Position numbers and translations under genes: made by a program
Part shown: positions 54,921-64,000 of the stretch, one piece after another
Layout of the letters: each line of letters begins with the position of its first letter
Position numbering within the stretch: the stretch's first letter is position 1
The notes under the pieces: generated by a model
What the model saw: only the letters and a program-made list of their open reading frames with translations
The model's database searches: none
Told to the model about the DNA's origin: nothing
DNA from: an uncultured Alphaproteobacteria bacterium
GTDB taxonomy: Bacteria > Pseudomonadota > Alphaproteobacteria > Rhizobiales > Xanthobacteraceae
NCBI GenBank assembly: GCA_963707175.1
Contig: CAVPQA010000033.1
Location: 30,443-94,442 of the forward strand
Reading direction: 5' to 3'
Length of the DNA: 64,000 bases

Positions 54921-55913
54921 TTATTGCTGTTGCAGGCCGAATTCCTTCACCGCCGGCACGACATCGGCAAACGTCTTTTGCATGATGGCGCCGAGCCCCT
55001 CGGGCGTCGACGATTCGGCGATCGAGCCGGCGTTCTCGATCAGCGCGCGGTAGGGCGGCGAGGCGACGATGGCGGCGATGTCTTTGTTGAGCGTTTCGAT
55101 AACCGGCTGCGGCGTGCCGGCGCGCGCGCAGACGCCAAGCCAGCCGAAGCGGACGAAATCGAAGCCGGTCTCCTTAAGCGTCGGCACGTCCGGCAGGGTG
55201 GCGAGCCGTTCCGGGCTGGTCGTGGCGATGATCTTCAGCTGCTTGGCCTTGTAGTACGGCATGATCGCCAGGGTCGGCGACGGATAGAGATCGACGCGCC
55301 CGGCGATCAGCTCTTGAACAACCACGAGGCCGCCGCGGAACGGCACGCGAGTCATGGTGACGCCGCTCAGCTTGCCGAGCTGACGCGCCATGATCTCCTG
55401 CGCCGAGGCGGCGCCGACCGTCGCGTAGGTCACCTCGCCGGGATGCGCCTTGGCGTAGCCGACGAACGATTTGAAATCCTGCACCGGGATGGTGTTGGCC
55501 AGCGCCAGGCCGTAATAATACTTGGCGATCAGCGACACCGGAGCGAAGTCGGAGAGCGCGTAGCCGGCGTCGCGATACACCGCGACGTTGGTCGCGTCGA
55601 AATGCGTGCACAGCAAAAGCGTGTAACCGTCGGGCGGCTGCGCCAGCACATCGCGCGTCGCCACGATGCCGCCGGCGCCAAGCCTGTTCTCGACCACAAC
55701 CGATTGCTTGAGCGCCTTGCCGAGCTTGTCGGCGATGAAGCGCGCCGGGATGTCGGTCGGGCCGCCGGCGCCGAATCCGACCACGAGCCGGATCGGCCGG
55801 CTCGGATAGGCATCGGCCGCCGATGCGGGCAGGGCGCGCGCGCAGGCCGCAACCGCCAGCGCTGCAAGTGCGCTGCGAAGCAACGGCAAACGCATCGATG
55901 AGACCGGACGCAT
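54921..55913 (-). CDS. Bug-family (TctC-like) tripartite tricarboxylate transporter substrate-binding protein
   Basis: Signal peptide followed by the hallmark YPSRPIRLVVGFGAGGPTDIPAR...VVVENRLGAGG...PDGYTLL. Confidence 0.85.
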   Translation of the reverse strand: MRPVSSMRLPLLRSALAALAVAACARALPASAADAYPSRPIRLVVGFGAGGPTDIPARFIADKLGKALKQSVVVENRLGAGGIVATRDVLAQPPDGYTLLLCTHFDATNVAVYRDAGYALSDFAPVSLIAKYYYGLALANTIPVQDFKSFVGYAKAHPGEVTYATVGAASAQEIMARQLGKLSGVTMTRVPFRGGLVVVQELIAGRVDLYPSPTLAIMPYYKAKQLKIIATTSPERLATLPDVPTLKETGFDFVRFGWLGVCARAGTPQPVIETLNKDIAAIVASPPYRALIENAGSIAESSTPEGLGAIMQKTFADVVPAVKEFGLQQQ

Positions 55914-55934
55914 GTTTCGCTCCCGTTATCGTTA

Positions 55935-56711
55935 TCAGGCGTGGTTGCCTGTTTCGCGCCCGGTGTTCTGGCCGAGCAGCCGCAGCAGCTCCTTCTGATA
56001 GTCGAGAAAATCGATGCTGAGCGGGTCGCGCGGACGCGGTAGACGGATTTTCACCTCGGTCTTCACCGTGCCGGGATGCGGCGTCATCACCACGACGCGG
56101 TCGGCGAGATATACGGCTTCGGCGACATTGTGAGTCACGTAGATCACCGTCTTGCGCGTCTCCCGCCACACATCGGCAAGGAGCCGTTGCATGTCGTCGC
56201 GGGTGAGCGCATCGAGCGCCGCGAATGGCTCATCCATCAACAGCACCGCCGGATTGTAGGCCAGCGCGCGTGCGATCGCGACCCGCTGCTGCATGCCGCC
56301 GGACAGGTGATGCGGGAATGACTTGGCGAAATTTTCGAGCTTGACCAGGCGCAATTGCTCGAGCGCGATCTTCTCGCGCTCGGTCTTGGGCAACCCTTTC
56401 ATTTCCAGGCCGAATGCCACGTTGCCAAGCGCGGTGCGCCACGGAAACAGCTGAGCGAAGTCCTGAAACACCACGCCACGATCCATGCCGCAGCCGCGCA
56501 CTGGCTGTCCGGCGACCCGGATTTCGCCCGCGGTCGGAGGCAGGAACCCGGCGATGATGTTGAGCAGCGTTGATTTGCCGCAGCCGCTCGGGCCGACAAT
56601 GCAGAGGAATTCGGAGGCCTCCATCGCGAAATTGACGCCGCGAACGCCCGCGACCGCGCCCGCGGGCGTGTCGTAGTTAAGCGTGATATCGCGGGCCTCG
56701 ATATGGGGCAT
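55935..56711 (-). CDS. ABC transporter ATP-binding protein (SsuB/TauB/NrtD-like)
   Basis: Walker A GPSGCGKSTLLN, signature LSGGMQQRVAIARAL and Walker B LLMDEPF. Confidence 0.9.
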   Translation of the reverse strand: MPHIEARDITLNYDTPAGAVAGVRGVNFAMEASEFLCIVGPSGCGKSTLLNIIAGFLPPTAGEIRVAGQPVRGCGMDRGVVFQDFAQLFPWRTALGNVAFGLEMKGLPKTEREKIALEQLRLVKLENFAKSFPHHLSGGMQQRVAIARALAYNPAVLLMDEPFAALDALTRDDMQRLLADVWRETRKTVIYVTHNVAEAVYLADRVVVMTPHPGTVKTEVKIRLPRPRDPLSIDFLDYQKELLRLLGQNTGRETGNHA

Positions 56712-56794
56712 GACCGCTTCCTGTAACGCTTCCTCTCAAATAAATTGCCCGTCCAGGTCGGTGCCGACAGCCGACGGGAAAACGGGGGAACGCC

Positions 56795-57775
56795 GTGCGG
56801 ATCATTAGCAGCGTTATTGCGGCTGGGACAATTGCGGCAGGATTCGCCGCGGTGACGCAGCCGGTATGGGCGCAAGCCTATCCGAGCCGTCCGATCCACC
56901 TGATCGTCAATTTCGCGCCGGGCGGCGCCGGCGACATTCTGGGCCGGATCATCGGCAACCAGCTCGGCGTCGAACTGCACCAGTCGGTGATCGTCGAGAA
57001 CCGCGCCGGCGCCGGCGGCACCATCGGGGCGCGCGACGCCGTCAACGCGGCGCCCGACGGCTACACGCTGACGGTCGGGCAGACGCCCGAGATCGCCATC
57101 AACCCGTATTTCATGAAGAACGTCGGCTACGATCCGTTGAAGGACCTGCAGCCGGTGGCGCTCGCCGGCGTCATGCCGCTGGTGCTGGCGGTGCCGGCGA
57201 AATCGCCCTACGCGACGGCGGCGCAATGGGCGGCCGCCCTGCGCGCCGGCAAGGCGATGACGTTCGCGTCCGCCGGTGTCGGCACGCCAGGCCATCTCGC
57301 CGGTGAGTTGTTGAAGCTCAAGCTCGACGGCAAGCTGGTGCACGTACCGTATAAGGGCGCAGGCCCGGCGCTGAATGACGTCGCCGCCGGGCAGGTCGAT
57401 TTTTATTTCCCCGCCTATCCGAGCGCCGTGCCGTTGGCGCAGGGCGGCAAGATCAAGCTCCTGGCAGTCTCGACCGTCAAGCGCGCGGCGGCCAACTCCG
57501 ATTTGCCGACTGTCGCCGAAGTCACCGGTATCTCGAATTTCGATTTTCCGCTGTGGGTCGGCTTCTTCGGTCCGCACGGCATGCCGATGGACGTCACGCA
57601 AAAGCTCAATACGGCGATCAACAAGATCATTCTTGAGCCGGCGATCAATGCCAAGCTAAAGGCGATCGGCCCGGAAGTGCGGGCCCTGTCGATCGACCAG
57701 TTCGGCGCCTTCGTGCGCGCCGATATCGCCAAGTACCAGGCGATCATCAAGGATGGGAATTTGAAACCGGAGTGA
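56795..57775 (+). CDS. Bug-family (TctC-like) substrate-binding protein
   Basis: GTG 56795 follows GGGGGAA. Hallmark YPSRPIHLIVNFAPGGAGDILGR...VIVENRAGAGG...PDGYTLT. Confidence 0.85.
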   Translation: MRIISSVIAAGTIAAGFAAVTQPVWAQAYPSRPIHLIVNFAPGGAGDILGRIIGNQLGVELHQSVIVENRAGAGGTIGARDAVNAAPDGYTLTVGQTPEIAINPYFMKNVGYDPLKDLQPVALAGVMPLVLAVPAKSPYATAAQWAAALRAGKAMTFASAGVGTPGHLAGELLKLKLDGKLVHVPYKGAGPALNDVAAGQVDFYFPAYPSAVPLAQGGKIKLLAVSTVKRAAANSDLPTVAEVTGISNFDFPLWVGFFGPHGMPMDVTQKLNTAINKIILEPAINAKLKAIGPEVRALSIDQFGAFVRADIAKYQAIIKDGNLKPE

Positions 57776-57814
57776 ATCGGTAAGCCGGGACGCGGTGCGT
57801 TGCGGCGGCTGCCG

Positions 57815-58111
57815 TCACCGTGCCGAACGGCCGGGCGCGCCCAATGCGCTAGTCGTTAGGCCATATTGACGATCAAAAAATGCTTTCACCGCGGGCACGT
57901 AGCGTCCGCCCATCAGCGGGTCGTTCTTCGGCAATCCTTCGCGCTCAAACGATGGAACGAGACTGCTCCACACCGCCGCGCGTGCGCGCCCCAGCAAGGC
58001 CACGCCAAGCTCGGCGTCAGTGGCGAACAACGGCAAATCGGCGAATGTCAATCCTGGTCGCCGTTTCTTTGGCGGCAGGTTCGGGCCGCCGGCACCAGCA
58101 AAATATTCCAT
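57815..58111 (-). CDS. Conserved hypothetical 98-aa protein
   Basis: ATG 58111 gives MEYFAGAGGPNLPPKKRRPGLTFADLPLFATDAELGVALLG...GLPKNDPLMGGRYVPAVKAFFDRQYGL. The composition is protein-like, but no function can be assigned from sequence. Confidence 0.45.
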   Translation of the reverse strand: MEYFAGAGGPNLPPKKRRPGLTFADLPLFATDAELGVALLGRARAAVWSSLVPSFEREGLPKNDPLMGGRYVPAVKAFFDRQYGLTTSALGAPGRSAR

Positions 58112-58432
58112 CGCAACGCTCCACGCCAACCCAACAAAAGTCAGTGCGGCCGGCCCTCGTAGGAGAACCGGCCGCTGCGCACTAACCCGGTCGGGGTGTC
58201 GGGGATGGGGGATCGGGCTAGAGTGCCGGTGTCGGGGTGACACCGCGCAAACACTCCGCGCATCTGCGCATGAACTCAAGCCGCCGCTCATTACGTGGTT
58301 AAACAACGCGGTAAACAAACAAGCCCTGCCGTTTGGGCGTCCGGGCTGAGGGCAAGAGGCGCCCGGGAGCAGACATCCGCGCTGTTGAGAGACGTTCAGC
58401 AATTGGCAGCAGTTCTTCGCGGAACAGGACCA

Positions 58433-59471
58433 TTAACCGCGAATGACCGGTGCGGCCTTGGTGGCAAAAAGCTCGATGGCGCGGGCCACATTGGCGAACG
58501 GCATGCCGCCGATATCGATCTGCGCGAGAAAGCGCTGGTGGCCGAACAACTCGCGCTCGTACATGATCTTGTCGACGATCTGTTGCGGACTGCCGACGAA
58601 GATCGGGCCGTGCTGGCTCGCGCGCGCGTCATAATCGGCCCGCGTGACGTGTTGCGCGCGATATTGCGAGGAAGCGTGAGTTGCGAAATAGGCCGCATAG
58701 TACGGATAGAATTCGTCGAGCGCCGCCTGCGAGTTTTCCTGAATGTACATGTGGGTCGCCACGCTGACTTTCAGATCCGACGCGCTGTGTCCGGCCTGCA
58801 GCCCCGCACGACGGTAAAGATCGACCATAGGCGCCAGCTTCGCGGGCGGTAGACTGATATTGGCCAGCGCCAACGGCAATCCGAGTGCGCCGGCGCGTTC
58901 GGCACTGCTCGGCGTGCCGCCGGTCCCGATCCAGATCGGCAGGCGGTTTTGCGCAGGACGCGGCGGGATCGGGGCATCGTGCAGGGCAGGGCGAAAGCGC
59001 CCCTTCCAGGTGACACGTTCCGCGCTGTTGAGCTTCAGCAAGAGCTCGAGCTTTTCGTTGAACAATTCGTCGTAGTCGGCGAGATCGTAGCCGAACAGCG
59101 GAAAGGATTCGGTGAAGATGCCGCGCCCGGCGATGATCTCGGCGCGTCCGCCGGAGATCAGGTCCACGGTGGCAAAGTCCTCGAAAACCGTCACCGGATC
59201 GGCAGTGCTCAGGATGGTGACCGCGCTGGCCAGTCGCAGCCGTTGCGTTGTCGCCGCGATGGCGGCCAGCACGACGGCCGTGGCGGCGATCGCCATATCC
59301 AGCCGGTGATGTTCGCCGGCCGCAAACACGTCGAGGCCTGGCTGCGTCGGCAAGCTTGGCCGCCGCGAGGATTTCCGACATTCGCTGCTCGGCGCCGATC
59401 GCGTTGCCGGTCTGTGCGTCCGGCGTGAGATCGCCGAAGGTGTAAAGCCCCAACTCAAACGTTTCGGCCAT
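58433..59471 (-). pseudogene. Luciferase-like (LLM class) flavin-dependent oxidoreductase; one apparent frameshift
   Basis: ATG 59471 gives MAETFELGLYTFGDL...ILAAAKLADAA. After about nt 59339 the +1 frame continues GLDVFAAGEHHRLD...IWIGTGGTPSS... to 58433. Confidence 0.75.
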
Positions 59472-59617
59472 CGGGCCGTTCTCCCGGTTGCATTATTGCG
59501 CTAAGACATTGCGGAAAGACGATCTGCCGTTCGGATCGTACCACGCTTCAATCGCGGCCCGTCGCGATGCGCTTGCGCACAGGCGACGGACAGCGAACAG
59601 AGACGGGAGGTCAGACC

Positions 59618-60292
59618 ATGAAGCTCTATATGCATCCGGTTTCCACTGCGTGCCGTCCCGTGCGGCTGCTGATCGCCGAGAACGGCATCACGTGCGATGA
59701 AGAAACGGTCGATATCCTCACGGGCGCCCATTATCAGGAGCCCTACGCTTCGCTCAATCCCAACCGCATGGTGCCGATGCTCGAGGACGGCGATTTCCGT
59801 CTGACCGAAGGCTCGGCCATCCTGAAATATCTGGCGGACAAATACGATCTGCCGTCCTATCCGAAAGACTTGAAGAAGCGCGCCAAGATCAACGAGGTGA
59901 TGGATTGGCTCAATACCCAATTCTATCGCGATTTTGGCTATGGGCTGGTCTACCCGCAGCTTTTTCCTCATCACAAGCGCCGCAGCGATGAGGCGCACGC
60001 CGGCGCCGTCGCCTGGGGACAGCAGGGCGCCAGGAATTGGCTGCAGATTCTCAACGACTACTGGATCGGGCCGGACAATCAGTATCTCTGCGGCGACGAA
60101 CTTACGATCGCCGACTATTTCGGCGCCGCCCTGGTGTCGATCGGCGAACTGATCGGCTGCGACTTCTCGGCCTATCCCAACGTGAAACGCTGGCTCGGCA
60201 ACGTGAAAAAACTCAAGACCTGGAACGAGGTCAATGAGGTGTTCAGCGGCTTTGCCGCGGCCAACAAGGGCAAGGACTTTGTGCGCGTATAG
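59618..60292 (+). CDS. Glutathione S-transferase
   Basis: GGGAGG lies upstream of ATG 59618. Thioredoxin-like N-domain (KLYMHPVSTACRPV...MVPMLEDGDFRLTEGSAILKYL) and a helical C-domain. Confidence 0.8.
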   Translation: MKLYMHPVSTACRPVRLLIAENGITCDEETVDILTGAHYQEPYASLNPNRMVPMLEDGDFRLTEGSAILKYLADKYDLPSYPKDLKKRAKINEVMDWLNTQFYRDFGYGLVYPQLFPHHKRRSDEAHAGAVAWGQQGARNWLQILNDYWIGPDNQYLCGDELTIADYFGAALVSIGELIGCDFSAYPNVKRWLGNVKKLKTWNEVNEVFSGFAAANKGKDFVRV

Positions 60293-60345
60293 CTCCGCCG
60301 CGCGGGCTGATGCGGGATTTTTCCGCACACGCCGTTGTTGACGAA

Positions 60346-61131
60346 CTACCCCTTCGCCATGCGGGCCATGCCCCAGCGGTAGATGGTGGCGCGTTCGATC
60401 GAGCCGAACACCAGCCGCTCGGCGGCAAAGCCGATCAGGCCTATCACCAGGATCGACGCCATCATCACGTCGGCGTTGAGAAACTGCTGGGCGTCGAAGA
60501 TGACCCAGCCCAGGCCCCAGTTCGAGGCCGCCAGCATCTCGGCGCCGATCACGGCGATCCATGAGCGCAGGAACGACTGCCGCAGGCCGGCAATGATGAA
60601 CGGCGACGCGCCCGGAATGATCACCTTCCAGAACAGCCGGCGCTCGTCGGCGCCCATGGCGCCGGCGGCGCGCAGCCAGATCGGGTTGACGGCGCGCACG
60701 CCCGACCAGGTGTTGAGCAGCATCGGGAACAGCGCGGCATAGAACACGATCAGCACCGTGACGGTGTCGCCGAGGCCGAACCACAGAATGAATATCGGAA
60801 CCCAGGCGAGCGACGGGATCGGCATCAGCGCGCTGGCAAGCGGCAGCACGAAATGCTCGACCGGACGGAAGCGCGCCATCAGCACGCCGAGCGGCAGCCC
60901 GGCCGCGACCGCAAAGCCAAAGCCGATCAGCACCCGGGCGAGCGTGGCGCCAGCATGGCCGAACATGCTGCCGTCGGCCAGCATGCCGGCGAGCGTGTCG
61001 GCAATGGTGCCGAGCGCCGGCATCAGCGCCGGCTTGACGAAGCCCGAATGCGCGACCGCCTCATAGAACGCTGCGAGCACGACGAAGCTTGTGGCTCCGC
61101 GCCGCAGCGAACGCGCCCGTTCCGGCGTCAT
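60346..61131 (-). CDS. ABC transporter permease (SsuC/TauC-like)
   Basis: 261 aa from ATG 61131 (ATGA overlap with the upstream permease). EAA-type loop AAGAMGADERRLFWKVIIPGASP. Confidence 0.85.
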   Translation of the reverse strand: MTPERARSLRRGATSFVVLAAFYEAVAHSGFVKPALMPALGTIADTLAGMLADGSMFGHAGATLARVLIGFGFAVAAGLPLGVLMARFRPVEHFVLPLASALMPIPSLAWVPIFILWFGLGDTVTVLIVFYAALFPMLLNTWSGVRAVNPIWLRAAGAMGADERRLFWKVIIPGASPFIIAGLRQSFLRSWIAVIGAEMLAASNWGLGWVIFDAQQFLNADVMMASILVIGLIGFAAERLVFGSIERATIYRWGMARMAKG

Positions 61132-61949
61132 GTCACCATTCCCCAGCGCACTACGGTGAAATTTTCCAGCGGCTGAAACGCCAGCTTTTCCAAGCCGACG
61201 CCGATCAGCGCGATGACCGCGATGCCGGCGAGCATGACATCCGTATTGAGAAATTCCTGCGCGCCGAAAATCATCCAGCCCAATCCCCACGGCACCGCGG
61301 CGAGCATTTCGACCGCGACCAGGATGCGCCAGGCCTGCGCCAGGCCGAGCCGCAAGCCGGTGAGAATGTAGGGCAGCGCGCCCGGCAAGATGACGTGGCG
61401 GAACAGCCTGCGGTCGTCCGCCCCCATGGCGTGCGCGGCGCGCACCCAGATATCCTTGACGGCCTTCACGCCGGTCCACGCGTTATAGATGATCGGAAAC
61501 GTCGAGACGAACGCGACCAGCAGAACTGACGGCACGTTCCCGGGTCCGAACCACAACAGAAACAGCGGCGTGTAGGCGAGACCGGGGATCGGCGCCGCGA
61601 CGCTGATCAGCGGCAGGAGATAATCCTCGGCGCGGCGCGAGCGCCCCATCAGCACGCCGATGCTGACGCCGACAATCGCCGCGAGCGCAAAACCGGCGAT
61701 CAGGCGCAGCAGCGTATCGAGCGCGTGATGGGGCAGCACGCCGTTCGCCGTCAGCCGCACGAACGTCGCGGCGACCGTTTCCAGCGGTGGAAAGAATTTT
61801 GCCGGAAACAGCCCGAGATGGGCGGCCATTTCCCATGCAGCGCCGACGACGGCGAACGGCAAGATGTTGCGCAGCGCGCGCCACAGCGGGCTGGCTGCGC
61901 CGGTCGCAGGCTGCGCGACGATGCCGGAGATTTCCGCGACTTGCTGCAT
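61128..61949 (-). CDS. ABC transporter permease (SsuC/TauC-like)
   Basis: 273 aa with six hydrophobic segments and EAA-type loop AAHAMGADDRRLFRHVILPGALP. Confidence 0.85.
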   Translation of the reverse strand: MQQVAEISGIVAQPATGAASPLWRALRNILPFAVVGAAWEMAAHLGLFPAKFFPPLETVAATFVRLTANGVLPHHALDTLLRLIAGFALAAIVGVSIGVLMGRSRRAEDYLLPLISVAAPIPGLAYTPLFLLWFGPGNVPSVLLVAFVSTFPIIYNAWTGVKAVKDIWVRAAHAMGADDRRLFRHVILPGALPYILTGLRLGLAQAWRILVAVEMLAAVPWGLGWMIFGAQEFLNTDVMLAGIAVIALIGVGLEKLAFQPLENFTVVRWGMVT

Positions 61950-62074
61950 TGCGCGAAACTACAAACCCGCCGCCCGCCCGGCAAGCCGGTAGGGCGTGCT
62001 GCAGGAGGCGTTGCAGTAACCGCGCCCTGTGATAGGAAACTCAGCCTTGGACGCAGTTCGCCAAGGAGTTCGCG

Positions 62075-63037
62075 ATGGCCACCAAGAATGCGCAGAAGAT
62101 CGGCTGGATCGGCATGGGCCGCATGGGCCTGCCCATGGCCGAGCGGCTGATCAAGGCCGGCCATGACGTTTCGATCTGGAATCGCACCCGCGCCAAGGCC
62201 GAGCCGCTGGCCAAGATCGGCGGCAAGGTGGTCGACCATCTTTACGAACTGAAAGACGTCGACGTTCTGTTCTCCATCCTCGACACCGGCAAGAGCGTGC
62301 AGGACGTGCTGTACGGCAAGAACGGCGTGTGTAGCCAGGCCGGCAAGATGCCGCCGATCGTGGTCGACTGCTCCACCATCGCGGTCGAGGAATCGGCGGC
62401 GATCCGCGACAAGCTCCGGCAGCTCGGCTCCGACTTCGTCGCCGCGCCGGTGAGCGGCAATGCCAAGGTCATCAAGGCCGGAAAACTCTCGGCGGTGGTG
62501 TCGGGGCCGGAGGCCGCGTGCAAGACGGCGACGCCGCTCATTGAGATTTTCGCCCCGCAGGGCGTCTCCTATGTGGGCGAGGGCGAATTGGCGCGCGTCT
62601 GCAAGATTGCCCACAACGTCATGCTCGGCGTGGTGATCGAGAATCTGATCGAGATCACGCTGCTCACCAACAAAATGGGTGTGCCGCGGCATGCATTCCT
62701 GGCGTTTCTCAATAATGGCGTGATGGGTTCGATGTTCACGCGCTACAAATCGCCGGCTTTGGTCAATCTCGACTGGACCACGACGTTCACGCCGGAACTG
62801 CTGCGCAAGGACCTCGATCTCGGCCTCGAACTCGGCCGCGAGATGGACGTGCCGATGCCGGTGACGGCAGCGACACGCGAAGTGCTGCAGGGCCATTTCG
62901 GCGCCGCTATGCTGCAGAAAAACCCGGCAGAATATCTGCAGAAAGATTTCGCCGCGCTGGCCGAGACGATGGCGCTTGCCGCCGGCATGAAGCTTTCCAG
63001 CGAGAACAAGAACGTGCCGTCGGGGCTGGAAACCTGA
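62075..63037 (+). CDS. NAD(P)-dependent 3-hydroxyisobutyrate/6-phosphogluconate-dehydrogenase-family oxidoreductase
   Basis: AAGGAG RBS and Rossmann motif IGWIGMGRMGLPMAERL. The length and C-terminal helical domain are typical of the HIBADH family. Confidence 0.8.
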   Translation: MATKNAQKIGWIGMGRMGLPMAERLIKAGHDVSIWNRTRAKAEPLAKIGGKVVDHLYELKDVDVLFSILDTGKSVQDVLYGKNGVCSQAGKMPPIVVDCSTIAVEESAAIRDKLRQLGSDFVAAPVSGNAKVIKAGKLSAVVSGPEAACKTATPLIEIFAPQGVSYVGEGELARVCKIAHNVMLGVVIENLIEITLLTNKMGVPRHAFLAFLNNGVMGSMFTRYKSPALVNLDWTTTFTPELLRKDLDLGLELGREMDVPMPVTAATREVLQGHFGAAMLQKNPAEYLQKDFAALAETMALAAGMKLSSENKNVPSGLET

Positions 63038-63085
63038 CTGTCGCGGCGGTTCTTCACCGACCAAGTAAAAACCTAGGGGGCTAAA

Positions 63086-64000
63086 GTGAAATCGCAATTC
63101 CGTTTGCTGCTGGCCGTCATATTCGGCTTTGCTGCCATCATGACTGCCGCGACCGGCGCTTCGGCGCAGGCCAAGTGGCCGGTGCGGCCGGTCAGATTCA
63201 TCGTGCCGCTTGGCGTCGGCAGCGGCGCCGATATCGGCGCGCGGCTGTTGGCCGATCGTCTCAGCAGGCGCTGGGGTCAGCCGGTGATCGTCGACAATCG
63301 GCCCGGGGGCGATGCGCTGGTCGCCATCGGCGCTTTTGTCAACGCGCACGACGACCACGTGCTGTGGTACGGGCCGTCCGGATCGTTCATCTCGCATCCG
63401 TACCTGCACGATACACTGCCCTACAAACCGAGCGACCTGGTGCCGATCGCGCAAGTCTCCAATACGATCATTGTGCTTGCGGTCCCGACGGCGCTTCACG
63501 TTGACACCATGGCTGCGCTCGTCGCTCGCGCCAAAGCCGAACCGGGCAAGCTCAATTGGGCGGGCGTCACCGGCACCAACGACTTCATGTTCAGCGGCTG
63601 GCTGACGCTGCAGCACCTCGAGATGACCAAGGTGCCGTACAAGAATCCGGTCGATGCCGCGAAGGATCTCGGCGAGAATCGCGTCCAGGTCTATATTCCG
63701 GCGCTCGCGATCGTGCGGCCGCAGCTCGATTCCGGCAAGATCAAGCTGCTTGCGGTGACCAATACCGTGCGCGCGCCGACGCGTCCGGACCTGCCGACCG
63801 TGAAGGAGGCCGGTTATCCGGCTTTGACGCTTGACGGCTTGGTCGGTCTGTTCGGGCCGCCGAACATGCCGAGCGATCTGCGCCAGCGGATCGCGGCCGA
63901 TGTAAGCGCCGCAGCCGACGCGATCGTCAAAGAACGCCTGAATCAGACCGGCCAGACTCCCAACGTCGGTGGACCGGCCAAATTCGCCAAGTCGATCGAA
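63086..64000 (+). CDS. Bug-family (TctC-like) substrate-binding protein, 3'-truncated by the window edge
   Basis: GTG 63086 follows TAGGGGG. My own translation gives a signal peptide VKSQFRLLLAVIFGFAAIMTAATGASAQA, then WPVRPVRFIVPLGVGSGADIGAR...VIVDNRPGG. The frame stays open for 305 codons to the window end. It is absent from the ORF track because it has no stop. Confidence 0.75.
   Translation, partial: MKSQFRLLLAVIFGFAAIMTAATGASAQAKWPVRPVRFIVPLGVGSGADIGARLLADRLSRRWGQPVIVDNRPGGDALVAIGAFVNAHDDHVLWYGPSGSFISHPYLHDTLPYKPSDLVPIAQVSNTIIVLAVPTALHVDTMAALVARAKAEPGKLNWAGVTGTNDFMFSGWLTLQHLEMTKVPYKNPVDAAKDLGENRVQVYIPALAIVRPQLDSGKIKLLAVTNTVRAPTRPDLPTVKEAGYPALTLDGLVGLFGPPNMPSDLRQRIAADVSAAADAIVKERLNQTGQTPNVGGPAKFAKSIE

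Noticed and set aside
1-64000. Search by eye for tRNA, rRNA, tmRNA and CRISPR arrays
   Set aside because: I found no GGTTCGA-type T-arm contexts, no rRNA-like conserved blocks and no regularly spaced repeats. Absence is not proven without tRNAscan or Infernal.

Overview
High-GC alphaproteobacterial chromosome segment. It looks Bradyrhizobiaceae-like, inferred only from its palindromic repeat families and its many Bug-type receptors. The window is dominated by an aerobic-type cobalamin (B12) supercluster in four blocks: (1) bluB-cobD, cbiB and cobQ-cobO-cobU at 4.6-10.2 kb; (2) a B12-riboswitch-controlled operon at 11.2-20.9 kb holding a NiCoT cobalt permease, DUF1636, cobW, cobN, cobG, cobH, cobI and cobJ; (3) cobK plus cobL-cobM-cobA-cobB at 20.9-25.8 kb; (4) cobT and cobS at 31.9-33.8 kb. 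Two things interrupt the supercluster. An 839-bp IS5-family element sits 10 nt upstream of cobU. A lower-GC insertion of about 6 kb (25.8-31.9 kb) carries a copper amine oxidase, a 39-codon secreted-peptide ORF and a membrane-spanning STAND/NLR-like NTPase of about 1125 aa (DUF4062/TIR-like N-terminus, P-loop, one TM helix, TPR-like repeats). That NTPase is my best candidate for an undescribed conflict or sensing system. The left flank holds a TetR-controlled EmrAB-type efflux pump with twin 20-bp palindromic operators. The right half (34-64 kb) is accessory metabolism and transport: an acyltransferase-3 protein, Bug/TctC receptors, two Gfo/Idh/MocA oxidoreductases, a CoA-transferase pair, a sedolisin peptidase, an IorAB-type molybdo-oxidoreductase, an 826-aa patatin-like protein, two luciferase-like monooxygenases, a GST, a second COG0523 GTPase next to an LVIVD beta-propeller protein, and a split sulfonate/nitrate-type ABC transporter. 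One oddity recurs: seven sites in six otherwise intact conserved genes each look broken by one extra nucleotide, always a +1 shift. The IS transposase is split the same way at an A7 run. No rRNA, tRNA or CRISPR array was recognised.
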